From NCBI GenBank assembly GCA_016217925.1, contig JACRFK010000005.1:1-42169 (forward strand): a stretch of DNA of 42,169 nucleotides, written 5' to 3'. Under the pieces are notes generated by a model. That model did no database searches. It was not told where the DNA came from and saw only the letters and a program-made list of their open reading frames with translations. Positions 8,163 to 16,720 of this stretch are shown here, piece by piece (within the stretch, counting starts at the first letter, position 1; every line of letters begins with the position of its first letter). The position numbers were made by a program, and so were the translations under genes. Source of the DNA: Candidatus Kaiserbacteria bacterium. GTDB lineage: Bacteria; Patescibacteriota; Minisyncoccia; Phycocordibacterales; UBA2100.

Positions 8163-8849
8163 ATGACACATACCGTACATCCATACGCACACCGACTCGG
8201 CATCATCCGCGACTGGAAGTCGCGTTGGTTCTCGAAGTCGCCGGCAAAATACCGGCAGAATGTCTGTGTGGACGCCGCTATCCGCCGTTTCCTCAAGAAG
8301 CGCCTGCGCGGAGCATACGTCACTTCGGTGGAGATTGAGCGCAACGAAAAGTCCGTCCGCGTCATCGTGAAGACCTCTCGGCCGGGATTGGTCATCGGCC
8401 GTGGTGGCGAGGGCTCAACGAAGCTGAGCAAAGAGATCGAGGCCGTTATGCGCACCGTGCCGCACGCGGAGCGCAAAGCCGTCCGTATCGACATCGAAGA
8501 GGTGCGTAGCCCGGAAGCGCAGGCCCCAGTCGTTGCATACATGGTCGCCGAAGGCTTGGAGAAGCGTCAGACGTTCCGCCGGGTACTCAAGCAGACCGTC
8601 GAGAAGGTGATGGCCAATCGCGATGTGCAGGGCGTGCGTATCGCCATCGCCGGACGCCTCGGCGGCGCGGAAATGTCTCGCACCGAAGAGATAAAGCGCG
8701 GCCGCGTACCGCTCCAGACGTTGCGCGCTGATATCGATTTCGCGCGCGAACAAGCGTATCTTCCGTACGGTGTCATCGGCGTCAAGGTATGGATATACCG
8801 CGGCAACATCTTCGCCGACGAAAAGCAATCCGCGAAAAGCGCACAATAA
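8163..8849 (+). CDS. rpsC: 30S ribosomal protein S3
   Basis: HP..RLGI..W.SRW, RPGLVIGRGG, GRLGGAEM, GRVPLQTLRADID. Confidence 0.98.
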   Translation: MTHTVHPYAHRLGIIRDWKSRWFSKSPAKYRQNVCVDAAIRRFLKKRLRGAYVTSVEIERNEKSVRVIVKTSRPGLVIGRGGEGSTKLSKEIEAVMRTVPHAERKAVRIDIEEVRSPEAQAPVVAYMVAEGLEKRQTFRRVLKQTVEKVMANRDVQGVRIAIAGRLGGAEMSRTEEIKRGRVPLQTLRADIDFAREQAYLPYGVIGVKVWIYRGNIFADEKQSAKSAQ

Positions 8850-8852
8850 AAT

Positions 8853-9275
8853 ATGCTCGCACCCAAAAAAGCAAAATATCGCAAGTGGCAATCAGGACGC
8901 CGGGGCACAAAGCGCCTCAATACTCCGGAGACCCGTGGCGTCACGGTGGCTTTCGGCTCGCACGGCCTGAAGGCGCTTACGCAGGCGAGGGTCACTTCCA
9001 ATCAGATAGAAGCCGCGCGCCGCGCACTTACGCGTGCCGGCGGAAAAAGCGCAAAGATATGGATACGTATTTTCCCGGACAGACCGTTCACCAGGAAAGC
9101 CGCGGAAGTGGGCATGGGTAGCGGAAAGGGTGATGTCCAGGGCTATGTATTTGATGTGCGTCCGGGCCGGGTGATTTTTGAAATAGACGGAGCGACGGAT
9201 GCGGTAGCCCGCGAAGCGCTCCGCAAGGCAGGTACGAAATTGCCGCTCAGTGCACGCGTCGTCGTCCGCAATTAA
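8853..9275 (+). CDS. rplP: 50S ribosomal protein L16
   Basis: QIEAARR, IWIRIFPD, MGSGKG. Confidence 0.98.
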   Translation: MLAPKKAKYRKWQSGRRGTKRLNTPETRGVTVAFGSHGLKALTQARVTSNQIEAARRALTRAGGKSAKIWIRIFPDRPFTRKAAEVGMGSGKGDVQGYVFDVRPGRVIFEIDGATDAVAREALRKAGTKLPLSARVVVRN

Positions 9276-9280
9276 CGCAT

Positions 9281-9505
9281 ATGACTGATTTTTCAAAACA
9301 AGAAGTTTCTGAGCTGCAAAAAATCGTCGCGGATAAACGCGAGGCGCTTCGCGCGTTCCGCTTCGGCGGCGCAGGCAGCAGGGCTCGCGACGTGCGCACC
9401 GGCCGTACATTACGCCGGGAAATTGCGCAGATATTGACCGAATTGCGCGCGCGGCAATTGTCCGCACAGAAGACCGCAATTGCGTCTAGGGCCAAGAAAG
9501 CGTAG
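9281..9505 (+). CDS. rpmC: 50S ribosomal protein L29
   Basis: LRAFRF...RREIAQILT; position between rplP and rpsQ. Confidence 0.92.
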   Translation: MTDFSKQEVSELQKIVADKREALRAFRFGGAGSRARDVRTGRTLRREIAQILTELRARQLSAQKTAIASRAKKA

Positions 9506-9524
9506 TATTCGCACTCATATTTGT

Positions 9525-9818
9525 ATGGAACCAGAACTCAAACAAGGAAAAACATTCGAAGGCATCGTCGTAAAATCGGCGATGAAAGACACGGCTACGG
9601 TCCAGGTGGAACGCTACGTAAAGCACCCGAAGTACAAGAAATTCATGCGTCTCTCGAAGAAGTTTTTGGTACACGATGTCGGTAATACTGCGCAGATAGG
9701 GGAGAAAGTGACTATCCGTGAGACTCGTCCCATCTCAAAGCGTAAGCGTTTTGTACTCGTTTCCCGCGACACGCAGGTGTCCGCCGAGGGCGGATCCTCC
9801 TCCGGAGGAAAAGAATAA
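9525..9818 (+). CDS. rpsQ: 30S ribosomal protein S17
   Basis: KHPKYKK, ETRPISKRK; C-terminus carries the 30-nt repeat. Confidence 0.97.
   Translation: MEPELKQGKTFEGIVVKSAMKDTATVQVERYVKHPKYKKFMRLSKKFLVHDVGNTAQIGEKVTIRETRPISKRKRFVLVSRDTQVSAEGGSSSGGKE
9780..9809 (+). repeat. 30-nt twin-hairpin coding repeat (SAEGGSSSGG)
   Basis: TCCGCC-GAG-GGCGGA-TCCTCC-TCC-GGAGGA. Confidence 0.8.
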
Positions 9819-9822
9819 CTAT

Positions 9823-10203
9823 ATGATACAAGACAGAACTCTCGTGAAAATAGCGGACAATTCAGGCGGCATCATCGGCCGTGTCTTCAAGATATTGGGT
9901 GGTTCCAAGAGGCGCTACGCCGGCATCGGTGACGAGATAGTCATTTCGATACAGACAGCGCAGCCACGCAAATCGGTAAAAAAGAAAGAAGTGCACCGTG
10001 CGGTCATCGTACGTCAGCGCAATGCCTTCCGCCGAGCCGACGGTTCGTACGTACGCTTCGACGAGAATGCCGTCGTCCTCATCGCCGGCTCGGGCAAGGA
10101 GCCGAAAGAACCGAAGGCAAATCGCGTATTCGGTCCCATCCCACGCGAAGTCGTCGAACGGGGATATCAGCGCATCGGCTCGCTCGCGCCGGAAATCGTC
10201 TAA
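9823..10203 (+). CDS. rplN: 50S ribosomal protein L14
   Basis: MIQ..T...ADNSG, RFDENAVV, SLAPEIV. Confidence 0.98.
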   Translation: MIQDRTLVKIADNSGGIIGRVFKILGGSKRRYAGIGDEIVISIQTAQPRKSVKKKEVHRAVIVRQRNAFRRADGSYVRFDENAVVLIAGSGKEPKEPKANRVFGPIPREVVERGYQRIGSLAPEIV

Positions 10204-10204
10204 T

Positions 10205-10516
10205 ATGAAATTGAAAAAAGGAGATAAGGTCCTCGTTATTGCGGGGAAGAACAAAGGTCAAAGCGGCGCCATCGTACGTGTCCTCACTGCCGAGAACAAA
10301 GTATTGCTCGACGGTATCAATCTCGTGAAGCGCCACCGCAGGCCGTCGGCCCAGAACCGCAAGGGGCAGATAATCGACAAGCCGATGCCGATACACGCGT
10401 CCAACGTTATGCTCATGGACCCGAAGACAGGCAAGCCGACGCGTATCAAGATTGTCCGCGATGCGGACGGCTCACGCGAGCGCGTAGCGGTTAAGAGCGG
10501 CGAAACACTAAAGTAG
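10205..10516 (+). CDS. rplX: 50S ribosomal protein L24
   Basis: KKGDKVLVIAGKNKG, PIHASNV. Confidence 0.98.
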   Translation: MKLKKGDKVLVIAGKNKGQSGAIVRVLTAENKVLLDGINLVKRHRRPSAQNRKGQIIDKPMPIHASNVMLMDPKTGKPTRIKIVRDADGSRERVAVKSGETLK

Positions 10517-10526
10517 GGTATATCGT

Positions 10527-11066
10527 ATGAATGCAACAAAAACACATAACAAAACATTTGATGCGCTCAAGAGCGAATTGGGCTACACCAATGTCATGCA
10601 GACGCCGAAGATCGCAAAGATTATCGTCTCGACGGGTGTCGGCAAAACCAACAAGGATAAGAAGCGTCTTGAGCTCGTCGTAGACCGCCTCGCGCGCCTG
10701 ACCGGCCAGGCACCCGCAGTGCGCGGGGCCAAGAAGAGCATTGCGAACTTCAAATCACGCATCGGCGATATCGTCGGGTATCAGGTGACACTCCGCGGAG
10801 CGCGCATGCAGTCATTCCTCGACAAGCTCATCCACATCGTCTTGCCGCGCGTAAAGGACTTCCGCGGCATTAAGACCTCCGCCATCGACGAGATGGGCAA
10901 CATCTCCATCGGGTTCAAAGAGCACATCGTTTTCCCCGAAACTTCCGACGAAGACTCAAAAGACATCTTCGGCCTTGCGGTCACCATCGTCACGACAGCG
11001 AAGTCCAAGAAAGAAGCCGAAGCCTACCTCCGCCACCTCGGCCTTCCTCTGCAAGAAAATACATAG
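10527..11066 (+). CDS. rplE: 50S ribosomal protein L5
   Basis: TGQAP, AKKSIANFK, VTLRG, LPRVKDFRG. Confidence 0.98.
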   Translation: MNATKTHNKTFDALKSELGYTNVMQTPKIAKIIVSTGVGKTNKDKKRLELVVDRLARLTGQAPAVRGAKKSIANFKSRIGDIVGYQVTLRGARMQSFLDKLIHIVLPRVKDFRGIKTSAIDEMGNISIGFKEHIVFPETSDEDSKDIFGLAVTIVTTAKSKKEAEAYLRHLGLPLQENT

Positions 11067-11095
11067 TCTACCATTTGCCCGTGCGGCAAAGGGTT

Positions 11096-11135
11096 CATAT
11101 TCCTAAAGTCAGTCTATAGCGAGGAATAGGAATAT
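11096..11135. repeat. hairpin repeat downstream of PaaX-like gene
   Basis: CATATTCCTA...GCGAG...TAGGAATAT; matches 11731-11769. Confidence 0.6.
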
Positions 11136-11148
11136 TTGGCACCTCGCT

Positions 11149-11733
11149 TTATTTTGAGAGGCCAAAGTGTTTTTTAATCCATCCGTCGTTCTCAATCGAC
11201 TCAACGATTGCATATAGAATGTCCTTCCCGATTCTCATGTCCGCCTTGAGAAGCACTATAAGGTCTTCGCAGTCGTAGGGGAATACCCATACACTGTCTT
11301 GAAGTCTCAAGAATCCGCACGCTCGCATCTCGCTGCGTAGGTGGTCTCGATCCTGCCTACGTTGTTGTGGTATGTCGAACATAACCAACCGCCACCGCTT
11401 GTCCCACCGTTTGCCCTGCTGTGCCGCGAGTGCAGCCTTCTGTTCTTCAAGTGCAATTGCCCGTCTGCCCGCCTCGGTAATTTCCATGCGCTTCTTTCCG
11501 TTTTTCTCAACGAAACGTACGTAGCCCTTGATGGCGAGTCGGCTCGCCGCAGTACGGGCTTGGAACGCGAGCTTATACCGCTTCTTCCCCATGATCCCCG
11601 GCAAGGCCGAAAATATATTCGGCGCAAGCATTGCGACGGCGAGCGTCCCGGTAACAGCAACCGTGGCGAGCACGGCTTTCTGTATATTTTCCTTCTTCCG
11701 CCGTTTCCTCGTCTCCTCTTCCATCTTTCCCAT
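11149..11733 (-). CDS. PaaX-like protein (wHTH plus Cas2-like ferredoxin domain)
   Basis: ITEAG wing, WDKRWRLVMFDIP, GFLRLQDSVWVFPY; no CRISPR array or cas1 nearby. Confidence 0.85.
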   Translation of the reverse strand: MGKMEEETRKRRKKENIQKAVLATVAVTGTLAVAMLAPNIFSALPGIMGKKRYKLAFQARTAASRLAIKGYVRFVEKNGKKRMEITEAGRRAIALEEQKAALAAQQGKRWDKRWRLVMFDIPQQRRQDRDHLRSEMRACGFLRLQDSVWVFPYDCEDLIVLLKADMRIGKDILYAIVESIENDGWIKKHFGLSK

Positions 11734-11769
11734 ATTCCTATCTTACACCACCGCGAGAGATAGGAATGT
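11731..11769. repeat. hairpin repeat over promoter/start of PaaX-like gene
   Basis: CATATTCCTATCT...GCGAG-AGATAGGAATGT. Confidence 0.6.
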
Positions 11770-11864
11770 CTGATTATGCACAGACGGCTGGGTTGGGAAT
11801 CAACATACAAGGACAAAAAAGCAGAATCCTTCCTCCGCAACCGCGGCCTCCCGCTCCAAGACAA

Positions 11865-12323
11865 TTAAGGCTCTTTTTGCATAAGCGCTTCTTGGGGTAT
11901 TTCCTGCAAGTTCTTAACTTTGATAGCAGTTTGATTTTCTATCACGGCCTTTGCTAGTCGGTGCATACCATCGATGATACTTCCCTGATAAAGAATGATA
12001 GGGAAAGAGTAATCCGCGATTTGGATTTGGTGGATGTGATGACTGAGACTCGGGTAGCGTGAGGTCGACCGCTCAAATCCTTCTTCTCGAAGGATCTGCA
12101 CAACAAATTCCGGCGTTATCTTTCCAAGTTCATCTGTCCAACAAAAATCTCCCATTTGCGGTAATAGATTACTGATTGCCATTTCTTCCGCGGCTACGTT
12201 CTCAGCCAAGTGTATCAGTCGATACACATCGATGTTCATGCCTCGATGTTCCGCCGAATGAGTATTCCCCGGAACGCTACGTGCAGGTATAATCCGCTGC
12301 TGCGGTCTCAGTTGCTTCTCCAT
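11865..12323 (-). CDS. hypothetical protein with ParB/sulfiredoxin-like motif
   Basis: PIIL...IIDGMHRLAKA motif; TATACT 6 nt upstream of ATG. Confidence 0.65.
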   Translation of the reverse strand: MEKQLRPQQRIIPARSVPGNTHSAEHRGMNIDVYRLIHLAENVAAEEMAISNLLPQMGDFCWTDELGKITPEFVVQILREEGFERSTSRYPSLSHHIHQIQIADYSFPIILYQGSIIDGMHRLAKAVIENQTAIKVKNLQEIPQEALMQKEP

Positions 12324-12344
12324 GCAGCCAGTATAACCTCACCG

Positions 12345-12373
12345 TTGACTTCTAGGGTCATCTCGCGTATATT
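12345..12373 (+). promoter_or_regulatory. sigma70 promoter for rpsN block
   Basis: TTGACT, 17 nt, TATATT. Confidence 0.7.
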
Positions 12374-12535
12374 TCCTCTGCCTCGTAGGGGGCTTTGTTT
12401 TTTAGCCTGATCCCGCCCTTTCTGAATAAAGAGCGGGATATCGTAAGAAACCGAAGCCACGCGAAGCTTTCGTAACCAGGTGCCGCAAGGCGGGGTGCAG
12501 AAGCTTCAAACTCTCCTTACTCGGCGCATATCTCT

Positions 12536-12721
12536 ATGGCAAAGAAATCAATGAAAATAAAGGCGCGACGGACGCCGAAATTCTCAAGCCGCACCGTGCG
12601 ACGCTGCTTCAAGTGCGGTCGCCCGCGCGGGTTTATGCGCGATTTCAATCTGTGCCGCATCTGTTTCCGCGAAGAAGCATTGGAAGGAAATATCCCGGGA
12701 ATCAAAAAATCTTCATGGTAA
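12536..12721 (+). CDS. rpsN: 30S ribosomal protein S14, Zn-binding type Z
   Basis: [27 protein letters not shown]. Confidence 0.98.
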   Translation: MAKKSMKIKARRTPKFSSRTVRRCFKCGRPRGFMRDFNLCRICFREEALEGNIPGIKKSSW

Positions 12722-13110
12722 ACGATACAATCGGTGACTTCATAGTGCGTCTCACGAATGCCGGTGCCATCAAGAAGGCGTCGGTCTCGATCCCGTACTC
12801 TGCGTTCAAGATGGCCGTCGCGGAAAAGTTGAAAGACATGGGTTACATACAGGACATCGAGAAAAAAGGAAAGAAGGTCAAGAAGACCCTCGACGTTACC
12901 CTCAAGTACGACGGAGCCGGAGAGCATGTCATCCGGGGCGTGAAGCGCGTCTCGAAGCCCGGTCGTCGTCTGTACAAGAGCACGCGCGAAATAATGCCGG
13001 TGCGCTACGGACACGGGGCATTGGTACTTTCGACACCGAAGGGTGTTCTCTCCGATAAGGAAGCACGTAAACAAAATGTTGGCGGCGAGGCCTTGTTCGA
13101 AATTTGGTAA
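12715..13110 (+). CDS. rpsH: 30S ribosomal protein S8
   Basis: [33 protein letters not shown]. Confidence 0.98.
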   Translation: MVNDTIGDFIVRLTNAGAIKKASVSIPYSAFKMAVAEKLKDMGYIQDIEKKGKKVKKTLDVTLKYDGAGEHVIRGVKRVSKPGRRLYKSTREIMPVRYGHGALVLSTPKGVLSDKEARKQNVGGEALFEIW

Positions 13111-13115
13111 ATAAT

Positions 13116-13664
13116 ATGAGCAGAATAGGAAAAAGAGCAATAACGATACCCACCGGCACTGATGTGTCCGTCGCTTCGAGCGAACTGGTAGTGAAAGGGA
13201 AGGGCGGGACCTTGAAGCGCATGGTACACCCCGCAGTGTCTATCTCGATAGCAAATGGGGAGGTCACCGTCACACCCAAAGAAAAGTCACGGCTCGGCCG
13301 CGCGCTCTGGGGCACGTACGCAGCGCATGTCCGCAATATGATAGGTGGAGTAAACACTCCGTTCGTAAAGAAGCTGCAAGTAGAAGGCATCGGGTACAAG
13401 GCCGAACTTTCAGGCAAACAACTCAAGCTCACCGTCGGGTTCTCGCATCCTGTGGTACTTGCTATTCCCGAGGGCATCACCGCGGCCGTCGAAAAGAATA
13501 TCATCACTGTCTCGGGCGCCGACAAAGAGGCTGTCGGCGAATTCGCCGCTTCGATCCGGGCACAGAAGAAACCGGAGCCGTACAAGGGCAAGGGAATACG
13601 GTACGAAGGCGAAGTCGTACGCCAGAAGCAGGGCAAAAAAGCCGCTGCTGCAGCAACCGCATAA
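13116..13664 (+). CDS. rplF: 50S ribosomal protein L6
   Basis: MSRIGK, GFSHPV, PEPYKGKGIRY. Confidence 0.98.
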   Translation: MSRIGKRAITIPTGTDVSVASSELVVKGKGGTLKRMVHPAVSISIANGEVTVTPKEKSRLGRALWGTYAAHVRNMIGGVNTPFVKKLQVEGIGYKAELSGKQLKLTVGFSHPVVLAIPEGITAAVEKNIITVSGADKEAVGEFAASIRAQKKPEPYKGKGIRYEGEVVRQKQGKKAAAAATA

Positions 13665-13666
13665 AC

Positions 13667-13790
13667 AGAGTATGGATAAAAAACTCATCTACTTCGTTAC
13701 AGGGCCCCAGCACCGCTCTCGCCGTATTTCCAATACGTCTCGAGCGTTGCCTTCCCCGTGCCTCGTATCTGAGCTTTTTATCCACACTCT
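13667..13790. mobile_element. MITE-like element between rplF and rplR
   Basis: 21-bp terminal inverted repeats with 19/21 match (AGAGTATGGATAAAAAACTCA / TGAGCTTTTTATCCACACTCT). Confidence 0.7.
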
Positions 13791-13799
13791 AAAATAAGT

Positions 13800-14144
13800 A
13801 TGGCGCTCTCTAAAACACAGCAAAGAATCCGCCGCCACAAGCGCGTGCGCGCGAAGGTAATCGGGACGGAAACCCGTCCTCGACTTTCGGTATTCAAATC
13901 CAATACACGCCTCGTGGCGCAGATCATCGACGACACGAAGGGCGTCACTATCGCAGCTGTTTCATCGGGAAGCGAAAAGGGGAAGACTCCGCGCGAACGA
14001 GCAGAAGCAGCGGCTACGACTATCGCAAAACTCGCGAGCGGGAAAGGCATCAAAGCTGTCGTGTTCGACCGCGGTGGTTTCCAATACCTTGGCACGGTAA
14101 AAGCCTTTGCGGACGCTGCACGCGCTGCGGGATTAGAATTTTAA
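13800..14144 (+). CDS. rplR: 50S ribosomal protein L18
   Basis: [28 protein letters not shown]. Confidence 0.98.
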   Translation: MALSKTQQRIRRHKRVRAKVIGTETRPRLSVFKSNTRLVAQIIDDTKGVTIAAVSSGSEKGKTPRERAEAAATTIAKLASGKGIKAVVFDRGGFQYLGTVKAFADAARAAGLEF

Positions 14145-14167
14145 CCCCATGAGAAAATAAATATTGT

Positions 14168-14860
14168 ATGACCGATAAAAATCCAAAAGACTCGACAGAT
14201 AAAGTTCTCACTACGCCACAGACGTCTTTTTCTCACGGGGTGGCAGATGAAAATACAAAAGAAATAAAACCGACCGAAGTAGCAGCGGCCGAGGTGTCAT
14301 CGCAGGCTCCGACTGACACGCGCACACCGAAGGCGGGGTTTGCTGGCCGAGGCAATCGCGATCGTCGCGGGGGCGGGAGAGGTGGCCGACCGGGCGGAGG
14401 ACGCCGTGGGGGAGATGAACGCCGCAGCGAGTTCGCACAAAAGTTGATCGGTATTCGCCGCGTCGCGCGCGTCATGGCAGGAGGTCGTCGCTTCAATTTC
14501 AGCGCAGCACTCGTCTTGGGCGACAAGAAGGGGCGTGTGGGCGTCGGATTGGGCAAAGCGGCGGATACGGCACAGGCGATAGAAAAAGCCACTCGCGCAG
14601 CGAAGCGTGCGATGATACAGGTCAACCTCACGAAGAGCCGCAGCATTCCCCACAACATCGAAGCGAAGTTCTGCGCATCACGCGTGGAGATCCGTCCGAG
14701 TGCCGGTCGCGGGCTCGTCGCGGGCTCTTCGGTGCGTACTGTTCTTGAACTTGCAGGTGTAACCGACGTGACCGCGAAGTTGCTCTCGCGCAGCAAGAAT
14801 CCGGTGAACAACGCGCGCGCAGCAATCGAAGCTCTTAAGAAAATATCCATCGGAAAATAA
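14168..14860 (+). CDS. rpsE: 30S ribosomal protein S5 with long N-terminal extension
   Basis: RRVARVMAGGRRFNFSA, GVGLGKA, VLELAGV. Confidence 0.97.
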   Translation: MTDKNPKDSTDKVLTTPQTSFSHGVADENTKEIKPTEVAAAEVSSQAPTDTRTPKAGFAGRGNRDRRGGGRGGRPGGGRRGGDERRSEFAQKLIGIRRVARVMAGGRRFNFSAALVLGDKKGRVGVGLGKAADTAQAIEKATRAAKRAMIQVNLTKSRSIPHNIEAKFCASRVEIRPSAGRGLVAGSSVRTVLELAGVTDVTAKLLSRSKNPVNNARAAIEALKKISIGK

Positions 14861-14865
14861 CTTAT

Positions 14866-15309
14866 ATGGCATCACTCAATTCACTCAAACGCACGACTGC
14901 ACGCAAAGAGCTGCGCGTCGGACGCGGAGGCAAGCGCGGCAAGACCTCCGGCCGCGGCACCAAAGGTCAGAACGCGCGCGCAGGTCGCAAAAAGCGTCCG
15001 GAAATGCGCGACATAATCAAGAAGTTGCCGAAGCGCCGTGGATACGGAAAGAATCGTGGGCGCAGCGTTGACGGTACCCGATTGGACGCCGTTGTTATCT
15101 CCCTCGATCGCCTCGAGAAGCTTTTTGATAGCGGTGCCGAAGTCACGTCGAAAACGCTCGCAGAGAAGCATGCGATCTCTACTCGTGTTATGCCGCCTGT
15201 TAAGATAGTGGGGACCGGCAGCCTAAGCAAGAAGCTCTCGGTCAAGGGTATCGCAGTCTCAGCAGGAGCGCGTGTCGCGATAGAGAAGGCGGGAGGTAGC
15301 ATAGCCTAA
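14866..15309 (+). CDS. rplO: 50S ribosomal protein L15
   Basis: RVGRGG, GKTSGRGTKGQNAR, LPKRRG, IEKAGG. Confidence 0.97.
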   Translation: MASLNSLKRTTARKELRVGRGGKRGKTSGRGTKGQNARAGRKKRPEMRDIIKKLPKRRGYGKNRGRSVDGTRLDAVVISLDRLEKLFDSGAEVTSKTLAEKHAISTRVMPPVKIVGTGSLSKKLSVKGIAVSAGARVAIEKAGGSIA

Positions 15310-15322
15310 ACGAACCAGATAT

Positions 15323-16597
15323 ATGATGGAATCATTTCTTCGCAAAATAAAGCTTGTCTTCGAAGATGAGACTCTACGCACACGCATTCTCTTCATCCTC
15401 GGCGCTCTCGTCGTTTTTCGTCTTCTCGCCGCGATTCCCATTCCGGGTATTAATGCGGCGCAACTTGATTCTTTTTTGAACAGCAATCAATTCCTCGGAC
15501 TCCTCAACATCTTTTCCGGAGGTGGTTTCTCAAACCTATCGATCATGATGATCGGTGTCTCTCCGTACATCACCGCATCTATCGTGATGCAGCTCATGAC
15601 GATTCTCATTCCGCGACTGAAAGAGATGTACCAAGAAGAGGGAGATGCGGGCCGTATGCGCTTCATGCAGTACTCGCGTTACCTCTCGGTGCCTCTGGCG
15701 TTCATCCAAGGTTTCGGGTTCCTTCTTCTCCTACAGCAGAACGGTATTGTTTCGCAGCTCTCCCCGCTCGGCTTTGTCACCAATGTGGTTGTGATCGCAG
15801 CGGGCGCGATGCTCATCATGTGGATCGGTGAGCTCATTTCCGAGTTTGGTGTCGGCAACGGCATCTCGCTTATCATCTTCGCCGGTATCGTTGCTGGTTT
15901 ACCATCCTCTCTCGCACAACTGATCTTCAGTTTCGACGTCTCGCAGGTCCCTGTCTATCTCGGATTTACCATCGCTGCCGCGGTCATCATCGCGGGAGTC
16001 GTCTACATCACCGAAGCAGAGCGCCCGATCCCGGTCACGTATGCGCGGCGCGTACGAGGGACAAAGGTCCTCGGCGGCATCTCTACGTATTTACCCCTGC
16101 GCGTGAATCAAGCGGGTGTCATTCCGATTATTTTTGCGCTCTCCATTCTTCTCTTTCCGCAGATGATCGCCACATTCCTCGCACAGAGCGCCATTCCGTT
16201 CATCGCATCAGGCGCTTCGGCGGTCGTTGCGGCACTTGCCAATCAATGGGTCTACGGCGCGCTCTATTTCTTTTTGGTCGTCGTCTTCACATACTTCTAC
16301 ACTGCTATCACGTTTGAGCCGAACCAGATCGCAAAAAACCTCCAGAAGAACGGCGCCTTCATTCCGGGTGTACGTCCGGGAGGCACGACGAGCGAGTACC
16401 TCGGCAACATCATCACCCGCATCACCCTCGTCGGCGCGCTTTTCCTCGGAGTGCTTGCGGTCTTGCCGATAGTCCTACAAGGGATTACCGGCATCACCGT
16501 AATAACCATCGGCGGTACCGCCCTTCTCATCGTCGTCTCCGTTGTGCTTGACCTGGTGAAAAAGATTGACGCACAGACCTCCATACGGGAGTATTAG
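15323..16597 (+). CDS. secY: preprotein translocase subunit SecY
   Basis: GVSPYITASIVMQL, GVGNGISLIIF, AGVIPIIFA, IPGVRPG, GGTALLIVV. Confidence 0.99.
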   Translation: MMESFLRKIKLVFEDETLRTRILFILGALVVFRLLAAIPIPGINAAQLDSFLNSNQFLGLLNIFSGGGFSNLSIMMIGVSPYITASIVMQLMTILIPRLKEMYQEEGDAGRMRFMQYSRYLSVPLAFIQGFGFLLLLQQNGIVSQLSPLGFVTNVVVIAAGAMLIMWIGELISEFGVGNGISLIIFAGIVAGLPSSLAQLIFSFDVSQVPVYLGFTIAAAVIIAGVVYITEAERPIPVTYARRVRGTKVLGGISTYLPLRVNQAGVIPIIFALSILLFPQMIATFLAQSAIPFIASGASAVVAALANQWVYGALYFFLVVVFTYFYTAITFEPNQIAKNLQKNGAFIPGVRPGGTTSEYLGNIITRITLVGALFLGVLAVLPIVLQGITGITVITIGGTALLIVVSVVLDLVKKIDAQTSIREY

Positions 16598-16604
16598 CGG
16601 ATGA

Positions 16605-16720
16605 ATCCCGTTAGAAATAGCGGACTGTCACTCATTTCCTCACACATGGTCGTTTTTATCACTCATAACAAAATAGGGCGTGTACCCAGTATCCGGTCCG
16701 CGTCCTATTTCTAACGGGAT
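16605..16720. mobile_element. MITE-like element (CCCGTTAGA...TCTAACGGG) at cmk start
   Basis: 16-bp TIR ATCCCGTTAGAAATAG / CTATTTCTAACGGGAT; ATGAA duplicated. Confidence 0.75.

Noticed and set aside
11149-11733. CRISPR-Cas system suggested by the Cas2-like domain
   Set aside because: No cas1, no effector genes and no repeat-spacer array in the window; the protein fits the PaaX-like family
4483-11858. Loose GGAGC...GCCGCGGTT...GGAAGG similarity downstream of the GNAT gene and the ParB-like gene, as possible cassette recombination sites
   Set aside because: Short, gapped match with different spacing; no attC-like structure or integrase visible
12463-12507. SRP (4.5S) RNA
   Set aside because: CAGGTGCCGCAAGG only loosely resembles the SRP domain IV CAGGTCCGGAAGGAAGCAG, and the AGCAG strand is absent
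13671-13786. Replication origin from DnaA boxes
   Set aside because: Only two boxes, both inside the TIRs of an element within a ribosomal operon; no DUE or dnaA context
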